From the NCBI GenBank assembly GCA_964461025.1, contig CAYWSE010000003.1:14247-78246 (forward strand): a stretch of 64,000 nt of DNA. Direction: 5' to 3'. The notes under the pieces were generated by a model. That model did not search any database and had not been told where the DNA came from. It saw only the letters and a program-made list of their open reading frames with translations. Shown in pieces: positions 16,465 to 25,748 of the stretch. The stretch is from an uncultured Sphaerobacteraceae bacterium. GTDB lineage: Bacteria; Chloroflexota; Chloroflexia; Thermomicrobiales; UBA6265. A program made the position numbers and the translations under genes. How positions within the stretch are numbered: position 1 is the stretch's first letter; every line of letters begins with the position of its first letter.

Positions 16465-16886
16465 TCTTCCTGGATGCCAACTACTTCCTGCGACTGATGC
16501 TTGCTCCACGTAATCAGCGAGAAGAAGAGCGGATGCATGCCGCAGCCCGCCTCATGAGGCTTGTTTCGTCCGGCGCCAGAACCGCCACCACGTCCGAAGC
16601 AGTCCTCGCCGAGGTGATATTCGTTACCCTCGATCCGAAATACGGGTTGAGTCGTGAGGATGTCGCGTGGCGACTCAAGCGATTCCTGACGATGAAAGGT
16701 CTTGTGTCGCCGCATCTGGACGTTTGGCTCCATGCGGTAGAGCTGTGGGCGGCGAACAGGAAGTTGAGTTTTGTCGACGCGTTCTCTGCCGCCCTGTCAC
16801 TGAAAGAAGGATATGAGCTCGCGACGTTCGATCGCGAGCTTTCAAAGCTCGACGGTCTTTCGCTCTACGAACCTGACTTTGCGTGA
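16461..16886 (+). CDS. vapC: PIN-domain ribonuclease toxin (VapC-like)
   Basis: MIFLDANYFL (first acidic residue), ..SEAVLAEV.., ..SFVDAFSAAL.., ..LATFDREL.. are PIN acidic-quartet-type positions. Embedded in track ORF 16158..16886, whose first 100 aa overlap vapB out of frame. Confidence 0.85.
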   Translation: MIFLDANYFLRLMLAPRNQREEERMHAAARLMRLVSSGARTATTSEAVLAEVIFVTLDPKYGLSREDVAWRLKRFLTMKGLVSPHLDVWLHAVELWAANRKLSFVDAFSAALSLKEGYELATFDRELSKLDGLSLYEPDFA

Positions 16887-16913
16887 GCAATCACTGCGCA
16901 ACGTGAATGCGCG

Positions 16914-18374
16914 CTACCCGGCGATCACCGGCCGCATCTTCCAGCACTCTGTGGCCTGCTCGAAGGCATGGGCGAGCTGCAGGACGCCGAGGTCGTCGCG
17001 GAATCGGCCGACGATCTGCGCGCCGACCGGCAATCCATCGTCGGTGAAACCAGCCGGCACTGAGATCGCCGGGCTGCGCGTCACCGTGATGTAGTACGCC
17101 GTTTTCATCCAGGCGATGTAGTTTTCCATGGGAACCCCATCGATCTCTTCCGGGAATCGCCATTCGACCGGGAAGGGCGGTACCTGGTTGACCGCGCAGA
17201 CGATGAATTCGAATGTCTGCATGAATTCCCGCACCCGCTGGAAGAGCGCTTCCTGGCGAACCATCGCCGTTCCCAGCTGAACAGCGCTCATGGCCCTGCC
17301 TTTTTCTGTGTTCCAGACCGCCTCCGGTTTCATGTGGTCGCGATCCTGCTCGAACGTGGCTGCGTTGCCGGATGCCATGAATCCGGCTCGGAGGTCGTGA
17401 AAGATGACATCGGCATCGTAGAGCGGCGGCGCGACATCCTCGACGATGCAACCGAGCGATTCGAACGTGGCCCGTTGCTTTGCCAGCGTCGAGCGCACGC
17501 GTGGATCGAGCGGGAGATCGCCCAGATCGGGAGACCAGGCGATGCGTACGCCCTTGAAGTCGCGATCGAGCGGCCCCAGAAAAGTCGACGTGTCGACGGG
17601 ATAGGCGAGCTGATCGCGGGCGTCAGCGCCGGCCATCACGCTCAGCAGCATTGCCGCGTCCTGCACCGTCCGCGCCATTGGTCCTTTCACGCCAACTCCT
17701 GTCCATGGCAGATTGTTCGGCCACGACGGCACCAGTCCGGGCGAAACCCGAAACCCGACGACATTGTTGAAATTACCCGGATTGCGCAATGAACCACCGG
17801 AGTCGGATCCGTCAGCGACGGGAAGCATGCCGGTCGCAAGTGCAGCTCCGGCGCCGCCGCTGCTGCCGCCGGCCGATCTGGTCTGGTCGTATGGGTTCTT
17901 TGTCGCACCAAAAACCGGATTGAATGAGTGAGAGCCGAGACCGAATTCCGGCACATTCGTCTTGCCGATGATCAACGATCCCGCCGCGCGCATGCGCTCG
18001 ACGATCAGGCAATCGCGTTCCGGATAATCGTTGACATGGAGGGGGGATCCTTTCGTCGTCGGAAACCCGACGGCATCGACCAGATCCTTGACCGCGAGTG
18101 GGAGCCCATGCAGCGGTCCATCCAGGCCATATTGCACGATGCGCTCGTCTGCTGCGGCGGCCAGCGCCATTGCTTCGTCGTCGTCGAGTTTCGAGACGAT
18201 GGCGTTGATCGTGGGGTTGACGCGCTCGATCTGAGAGAGGAACGCAGCCATTACCTCACGGGACGAGAGAGTCTTCTCCGCTATTCTCTGTCTGAGTTCC
18301 ACGGCTGGCACAAAGCAAATCTCGTTAGCAGTCACGTAGCTCCCCTTCCTCATGGCAAACCGAATGATCGGCAT
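16914..18374 (-). CDS. amidase (amidase-signature family, GatA-like)
   Basis: 486 aa with the AS signature GGSSGGAGAALATGMLPVADGSDSGGSLRNP. Confidence 0.92.
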   Translation of the reverse strand: MPIIRFAMRKGSYVTANEICFVPAVELRQRIAEKTLSSREVMAAFLSQIERVNPTINAIVSKLDDDEAMALAAAADERIVQYGLDGPLHGLPLAVKDLVDAVGFPTTKGSPLHVNDYPERDCLIVERMRAAGSLIIGKTNVPEFGLGSHSFNPVFGATKNPYDQTRSAGGSSGGAGAALATGMLPVADGSDSGGSLRNPGNFNNVVGFRVSPGLVPSWPNNLPWTGVGVKGPMARTVQDAAMLLSVMAGADARDQLAYPVDTSTFLGPLDRDFKGVRIAWSPDLGDLPLDPRVRSTLAKQRATFESLGCIVEDVAPPLYDADVIFHDLRAGFMASGNAATFEQDRDHMKPEAVWNTEKGRAMSAVQLGTAMVRQEALFQRVREFMQTFEFIVCAVNQVPPFPVEWRFPEEIDGVPMENYIAWMKTAYYITVTRSPAISVPAGFTDDGLPVGAQIVGRFRDDLGVLQLAHAFEQATECWKMRPVIAG

Positions 18375-18399
18375 TGTGGCACGTTAGCACTCGGGTCGT

Positions 18400-19563
18400 T
18401 CACAGAAACCGCGCGCAGACGTCGTTCGCCAGCATCATGCCGCGCGGGGTGAGACGGGCGACCGTTCCGTCCCAAGCGAGCAAACCGATTTCGGCCAGTT
18501 GGGCAATCTCGACCCCGAATTGAGCCTGAAGCGACGTTCCATGACGCATGCTGAACTCCGGAGCTGTAACGCCCTCATGGAGGAGCCGCAAACCGAGCAT
18601 CATCGTCTCGCCCATCGCCATCCGCGTCGTGATCTCCTCTGTGTTCGAAACGGCGCTTTCGCCGCACTCGATCGTTTCGATGTACGTCTTTGGCAGCAGG
18701 TGATTCATGCGGCGCTGATTGCCAATCCGCCAGTGAGCGCCTGCTCCGAACCCGGCATAGGCGCCGTTGCGCCAGTAGGTTATGTTATGTTTCGACTGAC
18801 ATTCGCTCGTTCTGGCCCAGTTGGCGATCTCATAGTGGAGCCAGCCTGCGTTTCCGAGATATTCACGGGCCATTTCATAGAAATCGGCCGCGTCGTCGTC
18901 ACTGACTGGAACAAGGATGCCCCGACCGACCGCCTCGGCCATCGGCGTTCCCGGTTCGACGATCAGACTGTAGAGCGAAAGGTGCGACAACCCGAGTTCG
19001 GAGCTTACGATCGACTGCAAATCTCTTTTCCAGACATCCGCGCTCTGACCCGGCCAGCCGAAAATCAGATCGCAACTGATATTCGTGAAACCAGCGCGCT
19101 TCGCCGCCTGCACCGCCAGAACAACATCGTTCGATTCATGTTGCCGGCCGAGCGTCCGCAGTCCCCGTCTATCGAACGTCTGGGCACCGATGCTCAATCG
19201 ATTGACGCCGGCCCCGAGTAAGCCAGCAAAGTAGATCGCGTCGACATTGTTCGGATTGGCTTCGAGTGTGATTTCTGCATCCGGCGAGAGATCAAAGGAA
19301 TGACTGACTGCCGCAACGATTCGGCCGATCTGCTCAGCAGAAAGCAACGACGGCGTACCTCCTCCAAGGAAGATTGTGCTCGCATTCATCGCTCCCAGCT
19401 GCTTTGGGAATCGTTCGATCTCGGTGCAGAGCGCATCGACGTACCGGGGAATCAGGTCTTCCATGCCCGCATAGGTATTGAAGTCGCAATAGGGGCAGAT
19501 GCGGCTGCAAAAGGGAACGTGTATGTAGACGCCAACCGGGGCATCGTCCGGTAATGGAGCCAT
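18400..19563 (-). CDS. hemW: radical SAM heme chaperone HemW (HemN-like, oxygen-independent coproporphyrinogen oxidase family)
   Basis: VYIHVPFCSRICPYCDFNTY (CxxxCxxC) and the HemN_C-like C-terminus. ATG 19563 overlaps the upstream stop (TGATG). The track start is TTG 19566. Confidence 0.92.
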   Translation of the reverse strand: MAPLPDDAPVGVYIHVPFCSRICPYCDFNTYAGMEDLIPRYVDALCTEIERFPKQLGAMNASTIFLGGGTPSLLSAEQIGRIVAAVSHSFDLSPDAEITLEANPNNVDAIYFAGLLGAGVNRLSIGAQTFDRRGLRTLGRQHESNDVVLAVQAAKRAGFTNISCDLIFGWPGQSADVWKRDLQSIVSSELGLSHLSLYSLIVEPGTPMAEAVGRGILVPVSDDDAADFYEMAREYLGNAGWLHYEIANWARTSECQSKHNITYWRNGAYAGFGAGAHWRIGNQRRMNHLLPKTYIETIECGESAVSNTEEITTRMAMGETMMLGLRLLHEGVTAPEFSMRHGTSLQAQFGVEIAQLAEIGLLAWDGTVARLTPRGMMLANDVCARFL

Positions 19564-21005
19564 CAACTTTTTCCTGCGTCGTCAGAATGTGCCTTGATCG
19601 TCTGCCAGGCCGCTTCCACGCGACTCGCATCTTCCGCGGTCATGGGAGCAATGCCATATCGGGCCCGGTCGTAGACAGCGGTCATTGTGGCGATGGCAAC
19701 TTCGCGTTCAGCGTTCAATGCAGCGGACCATTGCTGGGTCAGTTCATCAGGAGTGGTCGAGACCCGGCGAGGATGGTGTTGCCGCGCGCTCCATCGCAGG
19801 AAATCAGCATATCGTTCCCTGATCTGGACAGTAAACGCCCAACGCGTATCGTCCCGAAGGCCCGCGAGTGGATCGATCTCACTATTCTGGTCCCCTGCCC
19901 GAAGACCGCCCAGCCAGTTGCGCAGGCTGTCAAGAAGACTCCCTTCCACCCGCGCAAAGTCGCCGTTGGTATCTTCGTCGCCATGTTGATATCCCAGGCG
20001 CAATCGAAACCGGGCTATGAGCGCCAAAATCGCAAGAACGATCACCACCGCCACGACATAGCGCAGCAGTGCCGGGGCTGAAGCAGCATGACTCGAAGCA
20101 TTGTCGAACGCTGTTCTGGTCATTTGTATCGGAGACTGTTCGGACTCGGCCGGCTCTCCTACGGGCAGCAATGAAATCAGCCAGACGATCGGCACAAGAA
20201 TGATCATGGCTATGACGAAGAGCAGGAACGCCAGTATTCGCAAGACAAGTGCGAGAAACCAGATCACTGGATCGAGCAACAGCTGAACCATTCCGGCAAG
20301 ATCCTGAGTGAGCAGTCCGACGAGAATGGCAGTTGGACCAATGATCAGGACAACAGGCAGCAGTACCGTTTCCATCCACCGTCCTGTCGCTCGCCACGGC
20401 ACCATGTCTTGGCGCATCGAAGCGATTGCCAGAAGAACTGAAGTGAAGAACACCAGAATCGCGGCAGACAACACACTTTCGGAGAAGCCATGCTCGATGA
20501 GATAGTGGCACGCGACCAGCACCACCAGCGTCGCCGAACCGGCTCTCATCAGCATCAGACCGATATCGATATCCGGTTTTGCCCGACTGACGCCACGCCA
20601 CCAGATGATCGCCGAGGAGATCGCGATGAGGCCGACGGGCGCCACTGCTGTCGACGACTGACGGGTGATGGATGCGACCGACTCCTCGAGCCATTCACCG
20701 CTCAGCCAGGGCGCGCCGGGAAAAGCGGTGACCTTGACCGCCGCTGCCGTCGTGAGAAGCAATCCCAGCGAGACCACAACCGAGTATGCGCCAGTCCAGA
20801 TCCCCCGGTCGTGGCACCAGCGAGGGATGACAGTCGAAACAATCACCAGAGACGCAACGGTCAGGGCCGTCATCTGCGCTCGCCCTTCGGTGGTGAGACG
20901 CAAGGCCGCGTTGATCGCCAGCCAGAAAAGCACCCCTTCAGCACAGGACAGCAGGCCGGTGTTGTACCAGTCTCGCGCTGAAAATGTCAGCAATCGACCG
21001 CTCAC
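19563..21005 (-). CDS. polytopic membrane protein with C-terminal DUF4129-like domain
   Basis: About 9 hydrophobic helices, then ...RERYADFLRWSARQHHPRRVSTTPDELTQQW...VYDRARYGIAPMT, which recalls the DUF4129 (TgpA C-terminal) pattern. GTGA overlap with the upstream DUF58 gene. Confidence 0.75.
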   Translation of the reverse strand: MSGRLLTFSARDWYNTGLLSCAEGVLFWLAINAALRLTTEGRAQMTALTVASLVIVSTVIPRWCHDRGIWTGAYSVVVSLGLLLTTAAAVKVTAFPGAPWLSGEWLEESVASITRQSSTAVAPVGLIAISSAIIWWRGVSRAKPDIDIGLMLMRAGSATLVVLVACHYLIEHGFSESVLSAAILVFFTSVLLAIASMRQDMVPWRATGRWMETVLLPVVLIIGPTAILVGLLTQDLAGMVQLLLDPVIWFLALVLRILAFLLFVIAMIILVPIVWLISLLPVGEPAESEQSPIQMTRTAFDNASSHAASAPALLRYVVAVVIVLAILALIARFRLRLGYQHGDEDTNGDFARVEGSLLDSLRNWLGGLRAGDQNSEIDPLAGLRDDTRWAFTVQIRERYADFLRWSARQHHPRRVSTTPDELTQQWSAALNAEREVAIATMTAVYDRARYGIAPMTAEDASRVEAAWQTIKAHSDDAGKS

Positions 21006-22285
21006 GCCGCTGGTTCCTCAGTCATTGGCTGGGTTCCCGGAAGTAAGACCTCACGAACGATCAATCCAGGAAGCGCTGGCGGCTCCACACTCCCGAGCGG
21101 GATCAGCACCGTCCGCCGCCCATGAGCGATGGTGGTCGCCAGCAGCGATGCGATTTCCCTGGTCATGAGAGGCGTAATGACAAGCAAGGTGCACCCGAGT
21201 GGAATCGTGGGGATTGCCGCGGCGATCGTCTGGGCAAACGGCAACGTGGCATTGGCGCCAAGTCGCGCCAGCCCAGTCATCAGCGCGGTTTGCTGTGAGA
21301 CTCCCCGGCCCACTGGAATGTGCAGCGACTGATCCGATCCCGTCACCACGCCATTTGCACGCAGGCCGACGGAATAGCGCTCTTGGAGCGCCCACATGGC
21401 AAACGACGCCGCCAGCTCGATCGACAGCTCGACGTTATCCATGTGGATCCCCTCCCAGGCATGCTCGAAGGAGTCGAGATTGAGCAAGATCATCATCGAG
21501 AGTGTTGTGACCGGTTCCTGGATTTTGACCTGCAATCGCGATTGGCGAGCCGTCGCTTTCCAGTGAATCGAGCGGAAGGGATCCTCCGGGCGATAGTCGC
21601 GGAGTCCGCTGATGCGCAGCGGATCGGTTATCGGTGTACGGGCGACCACGTAGTCGCCCAATGGACGCTGATTCGGCAAGAGAAGATCGTCGACGTCGTG
21701 AACGCGCGGATAGACCAGCAATTCGAGATTGTCATTGTCATCCGATCGCGCCGAGAAAAAACCGAATGGATCACCGGAGCGAAGCGTGGCCGGTCCGATG
21801 ATGTGCGCTCCCCGCGCGGTGCATTCGAGCGGAATCGTCCATGACTTCTGTTCCCAGGGTCGCAAATGCCCGGACAGATGGATCAGGCGGCGGCCGGATG
21901 AGCCGCTGAGCGTCGATCGGTGGTCGAGCGGCGTAATGTCGTCGGGAACGGCTTCATCGATTCGCAATGACGGAGTCGGCAGCGGTTTCCGGTTGGTGAC
22001 CGAAAGCCGCAAGTTGACAACATCTCCCGGCAACGCACGGTCGAGATCGAGGCTCCGCGAGAACCCGAGTTCGGCCAGCATCATGCCATTCCAGAGTTTG
22101 GAAACCAGCGCAGTCGCCAGCACGAGGGCGCCCACCAGCGCCAGTGCCGTCGATTGAGTGGCGAGTCCGATCAGCAGCACCACTCCAGCCACCCATCGCC
22201 AGACGCGAGTGAAATAGAGATTCCGCGACGAACCATGACTTGAGGCGTCTGCAAGCGCCTGAAGTCTGGTGCGCAACGCGGTCAC
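21002..22285 (-). CDS. DUF58 domain protein (MoxR-associated, vWA-like)
   Basis: Two N-terminal TM helices, then LRDYRPEDPFRSIHWKATARQSRLQVKIQEP, the DUF58 hallmark. GTGA overlap with moxR. Confidence 0.88.
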   Translation of the reverse strand: MTALRTRLQALADASSHGSSRNLYFTRVWRWVAGVVLLIGLATQSTALALVGALVLATALVSKLWNGMMLAELGFSRSLDLDRALPGDVVNLRLSVTNRKPLPTPSLRIDEAVPDDITPLDHRSTLSGSSGRRLIHLSGHLRPWEQKSWTIPLECTARGAHIIGPATLRSGDPFGFFSARSDDNDNLELLVYPRVHDVDDLLLPNQRPLGDYVVARTPITDPLRISGLRDYRPEDPFRSIHWKATARQSRLQVKIQEPVTTLSMMILLNLDSFEHAWEGIHMDNVELSIELAASFAMWALQERYSVGLRANGVVTGSDQSLHIPVGRGVSQQTALMTGLARLGANATLPFAQTIAAAIPTIPLGCTLLVITPLMTREIASLLATTIAHGRRTVLIPLGSVEPPALPGLIVREVLLPGTQPMTEEPAA

Positions 22286-23292
22286 GCTGTTGCCTGCAGT
22301 CCGATCGTTCCTTCGACCGGCACTGGAGTCTGCTCGATGATCTCAGTGACGACCGACGCTGCCGTGCGGCCACGCAGCGTTGCCTCAGGCGCCAAAGCAA
22401 TCCTGTGTGTGAGCACATGCGGAGCAACGCTCTTGACATCGTCCGGCAGCACTTCCTCTCTGCCGTCGATCGATGCCAGCGCCTGACTGCATCGGGCCAG
22501 GGCGATCGAAGCGCGCGGACTCGCTCCCAGCCGCACGACCGGATGCACCCGTGAAGCGCGGACGAGTGAGGTCAGGTATTCAGTCACGTCCTGGCTCAGG
22601 TGAACCCGTCGCGTAACGCCTATCAGCGTTTCGATCTCCGCAGGTGTTGTGACTGACTCAATGGCCACACCTCCGCCGCTCGAACGAGCGACGATTTCCA
22701 TCTCCTCCGTCGCAGTTGGGTAGCCGATTTCCAGCTGCATCATGAACCGGTCGATCTGCGCTTCGGGGAGCGGAAACGTACCTTCCAGTTCGATGGGATT
22801 CTCAGTGGCGATGACCAGAAAAGGCCGCGGCAGCGTCAGTGTTTCACCTTCCACGCTGACGGTTCGCTCCTCCATTGCTTCCAGGAGAGCGGACTGTGTG
22901 CGGGGTGTGGCCCGGTTGATTTCATCGGCTACGACGACGTTCGAGAAAACCGGGCCGGGACGAAACCGGAAATCGCTGCTCTTCTGGTCGAAATAGGTCA
23001 GACCGGTGATGTCACTGGGCAACAGGTCTGGAGTGAACTGAATGCGGTGAAACACTCCCCCAAGCGCAACAGCAAGTGCCCGCGCCATCGATGTCTTGCC
23101 AACGCCCGGCACGTCCTCGAGCAGGACATGTCCTTCCGCCAGCACACAGGCCAGCAGAAGCCGGGTTATTTCGCGCTTGCCGACAATGACCCGGTCGATC
23201 TGATCGAGAATCGCCGAGGCAACGCGCGTTGTCTGTGGTTCGGGGGTATCGCTCGTCAGCAGATCGGTCTGTCGATCTGAAAGAGATGTCAT
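22282..23292 (-). CDS. MoxR-family AAA+ ATPase
   Basis: GHVLLEDVPGVGKTSMARALA (Walker A), VVVADEINRATPRTQSALLEAMEE (Walker B/sensor). GGGAGG lies 9 nt before ATG 23292; the track start is 23328. Confidence 0.93.
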   Translation of the reverse strand: MTSLSDRQTDLLTSDTPEPQTTRVASAILDQIDRVIVGKREITRLLLACVLAEGHVLLEDVPGVGKTSMARALAVALGGVFHRIQFTPDLLPSDITGLTYFDQKSSDFRFRPGPVFSNVVVADEINRATPRTQSALLEAMEERTVSVEGETLTLPRPFLVIATENPIELEGTFPLPEAQIDRFMMQLEIGYPTATEEMEIVARSSGGGVAIESVTTPAEIETLIGVTRRVHLSQDVTEYLTSLVRASRVHPVVRLGASPRASIALARCSQALASIDGREEVLPDDVKSVAPHVLTHRIALAPEATLRGRTAASVVTEIIEQTPVPVEGTIGLQATA

Positions 23293-23344
23293 CAGTTCGC
23301 GCCTCCCTGCCGATTGTACCAATGCCATGCGGCGGCGCCGGGAA

Positions 23345-23378
23345 AGACGAAGACCAGGACACGGGTCCTGGCCTTCGT
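23345..23378 (-). terminator. candidate intrinsic terminator after the SH3b-M23 gene
   Basis: 14-bp stem. The single non-Watson-Crick position is G.U in the minus-strand RNA but A.C on the plus strand. Followed by UUUCCC on the minus strand. Short U tract, so weak. Confidence 0.4.
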
Positions 23379-23412
23379 CGCGGGGTAGAAGCGGGCAAGA
23401 TTGAGTTGTGGT

Positions 23413-25422
23413 CTAGGGATTGAAGAGCGTTCCGGTCCATTGCTGGGTGCCGCCGATGTCAGGAAAGCTCTGACCGCTGATCGTGTTCTGGCCCGTGAAC
23501 GGCACCGCGGTACGGCTCCAGTTGCCGCCGTCGGTCGTGGCCCAGACGGTGAGATGGAGATGGCTGAACTGAACGAACCCTTCTCCACCCGGCGGGGAGA
23601 TGTATCCGACGTACTGACCTTGCGAGATCGTGTCACCGGCTTCCCAGCCGCGATCGACGGTGACGTGGAACATGGCGACGGCATAGCCATTGCCCATGTC
23701 GATCGTGATGCCGCCAGACGCGCGCTCGGTCCAGCGGACGGTGCCGCTTACCGGTGCGTATACCGCCTGATTGGCCGTGCTTCGATCCTGCCGGGCAATA
23801 TCGAGTGAGTAGAGATACTGTGAAAGGGAGCCCGAGTTGACGTGACTCGATCCGTTATACCCCTGTGTAATCTCCCAGGTACTGCCGTCAACCGGCCACA
23901 CAATGCCCGACCCTGTGTTGCCGGTGCCTTGCGTCGGGCTCGGTGCGCTGCCGGGTGGCGTGGTGCTGAGATAGGTTGCCGATGCGAAGCCGTTCGTGTT
24001 GTTGTAGCGAACCGGGAAGAACCCGTTGGTCTGGCTTCCGGTTATGCCAACCGCGGCCCCGCTCGGGATAAGAAGGATGACGCTGAATGTTGTCCCAGCT
24101 CCACTGCGCATATTCAGCCCGGCTGTCGCATAGCGCGTTTCGATCACCGAGCCGGCGGTCGCCGTTGCCGTCGCGCCCGGCTGAGAGGTGGTCAGGAACT
24201 GCGACGAAGCCCAACCGTTGGTTCCGTTGTATCGAACTGGAGTGAAACTGTTCTGAGCGCTGCCCGTGACTCCAACCTGAGAGCCATTTGGAATTACCAG
24301 GAGAACGCTATTTGTTGTCGCCGGACCAGAACGGAGGTTCAATCCACCAGTGGCGGAGACCCAGGCATTGGAGATGACCGACCCAGAGGTCGCAGTCGCT
24401 GTAGCGCCGGGTTGAGTCGAGGTCAGGTACTGCGAAGAGGCCCAGCCATTCGTTCCGTTGTACCGAACCGGCAAGAAGCCGTTCTGCGCGTTGCCGGTGA
24501 CACCAACCTGGGCGCCATTTGGCATCACCAGAAGAACGCTGCTCGACGTGCCCGGTCCAGAGCGCAGGTTCAATGCTCCTCCAACGACCCAGGCATTGGA
24601 GATCACCGTTCCCGATGTGGCAGTAGCCGTCGCGCCTGAGCCCGGATTCGTCGAGCTGAGAAACTGCGAGTACGCCCAGCCATCGGAACCGTTGTAGCGA
24701 ACGGGGGTAAAGCCATTCTGGGCGGCGCCGAGCACACCAACCTGGGCGTTGTTCGGCATCACGAGAATCACGCCGCTCGACGTCGACGGCGAAGAGCGGA
24801 GATTCAGCGCTCCACCGATCACCCAGGCATTGGAAATGACTGCGCCGCCACCAGACGAGATGTACTGAGACGACGCCCAGCCGGTGGTGCCCTGGTAGCT
24901 CAGCTGCGAAAAGCCATTTTGTGTGACGCCGGTCGTATTGACAGTGGCGCCACTGGGAATGACCAGCAGGATAGCGGCGGTCGTGCTCGCACTCGCGCGA
25001 AGCCGCAGGTTCACCGTTGTTGTCGCCACAGCCGCCGCGGTGACTTCGTTGTCGGACGACTCTGCGGCCGAACTGGAGCCCGCGTCGGCAAGAAAGTCGG
25101 AAACGATGTATCCGCGCTGACCGCGCGCCGTGACTTCGTACCAGTACGAACCGGCCCCATCGTCGATCGGACCGTCGTGGACAGCAACGAGCCATCCTTC
25201 CGGCACGGTGGTCAGGATCGAACCGTTGTACGAGGGCTCATCGCGGAGGCGAACGTCGTCGCCATTGGCATAGGAGATGCGGGCTTCGCCGCCCAGTGTC
25301 AGGTCTGTGTCGGCGCTGACCGGGGACGGCAGGAACACACCGCTCGGCGCAAAGGCCAGCGCGGCGATCAGCAATGTGAGTGGTGCCAGGCAACGGGCAC
25401 GCCAGCGAGGCGTAGCCACCAT
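23413..25422 (-). CDS. secreted peptidoglycan hydrolase: six SH3b domains + C-terminal M23 metallopeptidase
   Basis: Sec signal, then six SH3_3-like units (LNLRSGP...GWASSQYL). C-terminal M23 motifs: YAPVSGTV...MGNGYAVAMFH...FSHLHLTVW. RBS GGGAGGGAAG precedes the ATG. Confidence 0.92.
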   Translation of the reverse strand: MVATPRWRARCLAPLTLLIAALAFAPSGVFLPSPVSADTDLTLGGEARISYANGDDVRLRDEPSYNGSILTTVPEGWLVAVHDGPIDDGAGSYWYEVTARGQRGYIVSDFLADAGSSSAAESSDNEVTAAAVATTTVNLRLRASASTTAAILLVIPSGATVNTTGVTQNGFSQLSYQGTTGWASSQYISSGGGAVISNAWVIGGALNLRSSPSTSSGVILVMPNNAQVGVLGAAQNGFTPVRYNGSDGWAYSQFLSSTNPGSGATATATSGTVISNAWVVGGALNLRSGPGTSSSVLLVMPNGAQVGVTGNAQNGFLPVRYNGTNGWASSQYLTSTQPGATATATSGSVISNAWVSATGGLNLRSGPATTNSVLLVIPNGSQVGVTGSAQNSFTPVRYNGTNGWASSQFLTTSQPGATATATAGSVIETRYATAGLNMRSGAGTTFSVILLIPSGAAVGITGSQTNGFFPVRYNNTNGFASATYLSTTPPGSAPSPTQGTGNTGSGIVWPVDGSTWEITQGYNGSSHVNSGSLSQYLYSLDIARQDRSTANQAVYAPVSGTVRWTERASGGITIDMGNGYAVAMFHVTVDRGWEAGDTISQGQYVGYISPPGGEGFVQFSHLHLTVWATTDGGNWSRTAVPFTGQNTISGQSFPDIGGTQQWTGTLFNP
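24151..24840 (-). repeat. three tandem ~228-234-bp coding repeats (SH3b units 3-5)
   Basis: Each repeat starts with GT(C/G)AT(T/C)TCCAATGCCTGG (VISNAW) at 24840, 24606 and 24378. Units are clearly alignable at DNA level and end in the ATATATSG linker. Confidence 0.9.
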
Positions 25423-25748
25423 GTCTCTTCCCTCCCTGTCCGCCGGCCTTCAGGCTGCAACCTGATCATGCGCTGCCGCCGGATCGTTCCGCGGTGGCAC
25501 ATCGTGTACCGGGGAACCCGGCGTCGCTCCTCTACCAGCCTGTGAGCGACCTGATGTGCGAACCCGAACTTCGCGCGTTCCCGTCAGCCTACAAAACGTC
25601 CTCGCCGGTTGTCCACGTGAACGGACGGGAAATATCAGAATCCGGTTGGCCGACGCCTGTGACCCATCGAGTCACCAGCTACACTCTCCTGATCGAGGCG
25701 AGGATTTCACTTGACATCCTGACACAGAACTATACGGAGAGTCAACGC

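Noticed and set aside
24151-24840. Regular ~230-bp DNA periodicity that could be mistaken for a repeat array or CRISPR
   Set aside because: The period is far too long, there are no spacer-like unique segments, and the repeats are in frame and encode SH3b domains.
25497-25600. Possible ydaO-type c-di-AMP riboswitch next to the M23 hydrolase gene
   Set aside because: The plus-strand strings UACCGGGGAACCC, CCCGAA and CCCGUCAGCCUAC recall parts of the ydaO consensus. The central GGGGUGAAUC and GGUAGGG elements are missing. The resemblance is also on the strand leading away from the hydrolase gene. I kept it only as an unclassified structured region pending an Infernal search.
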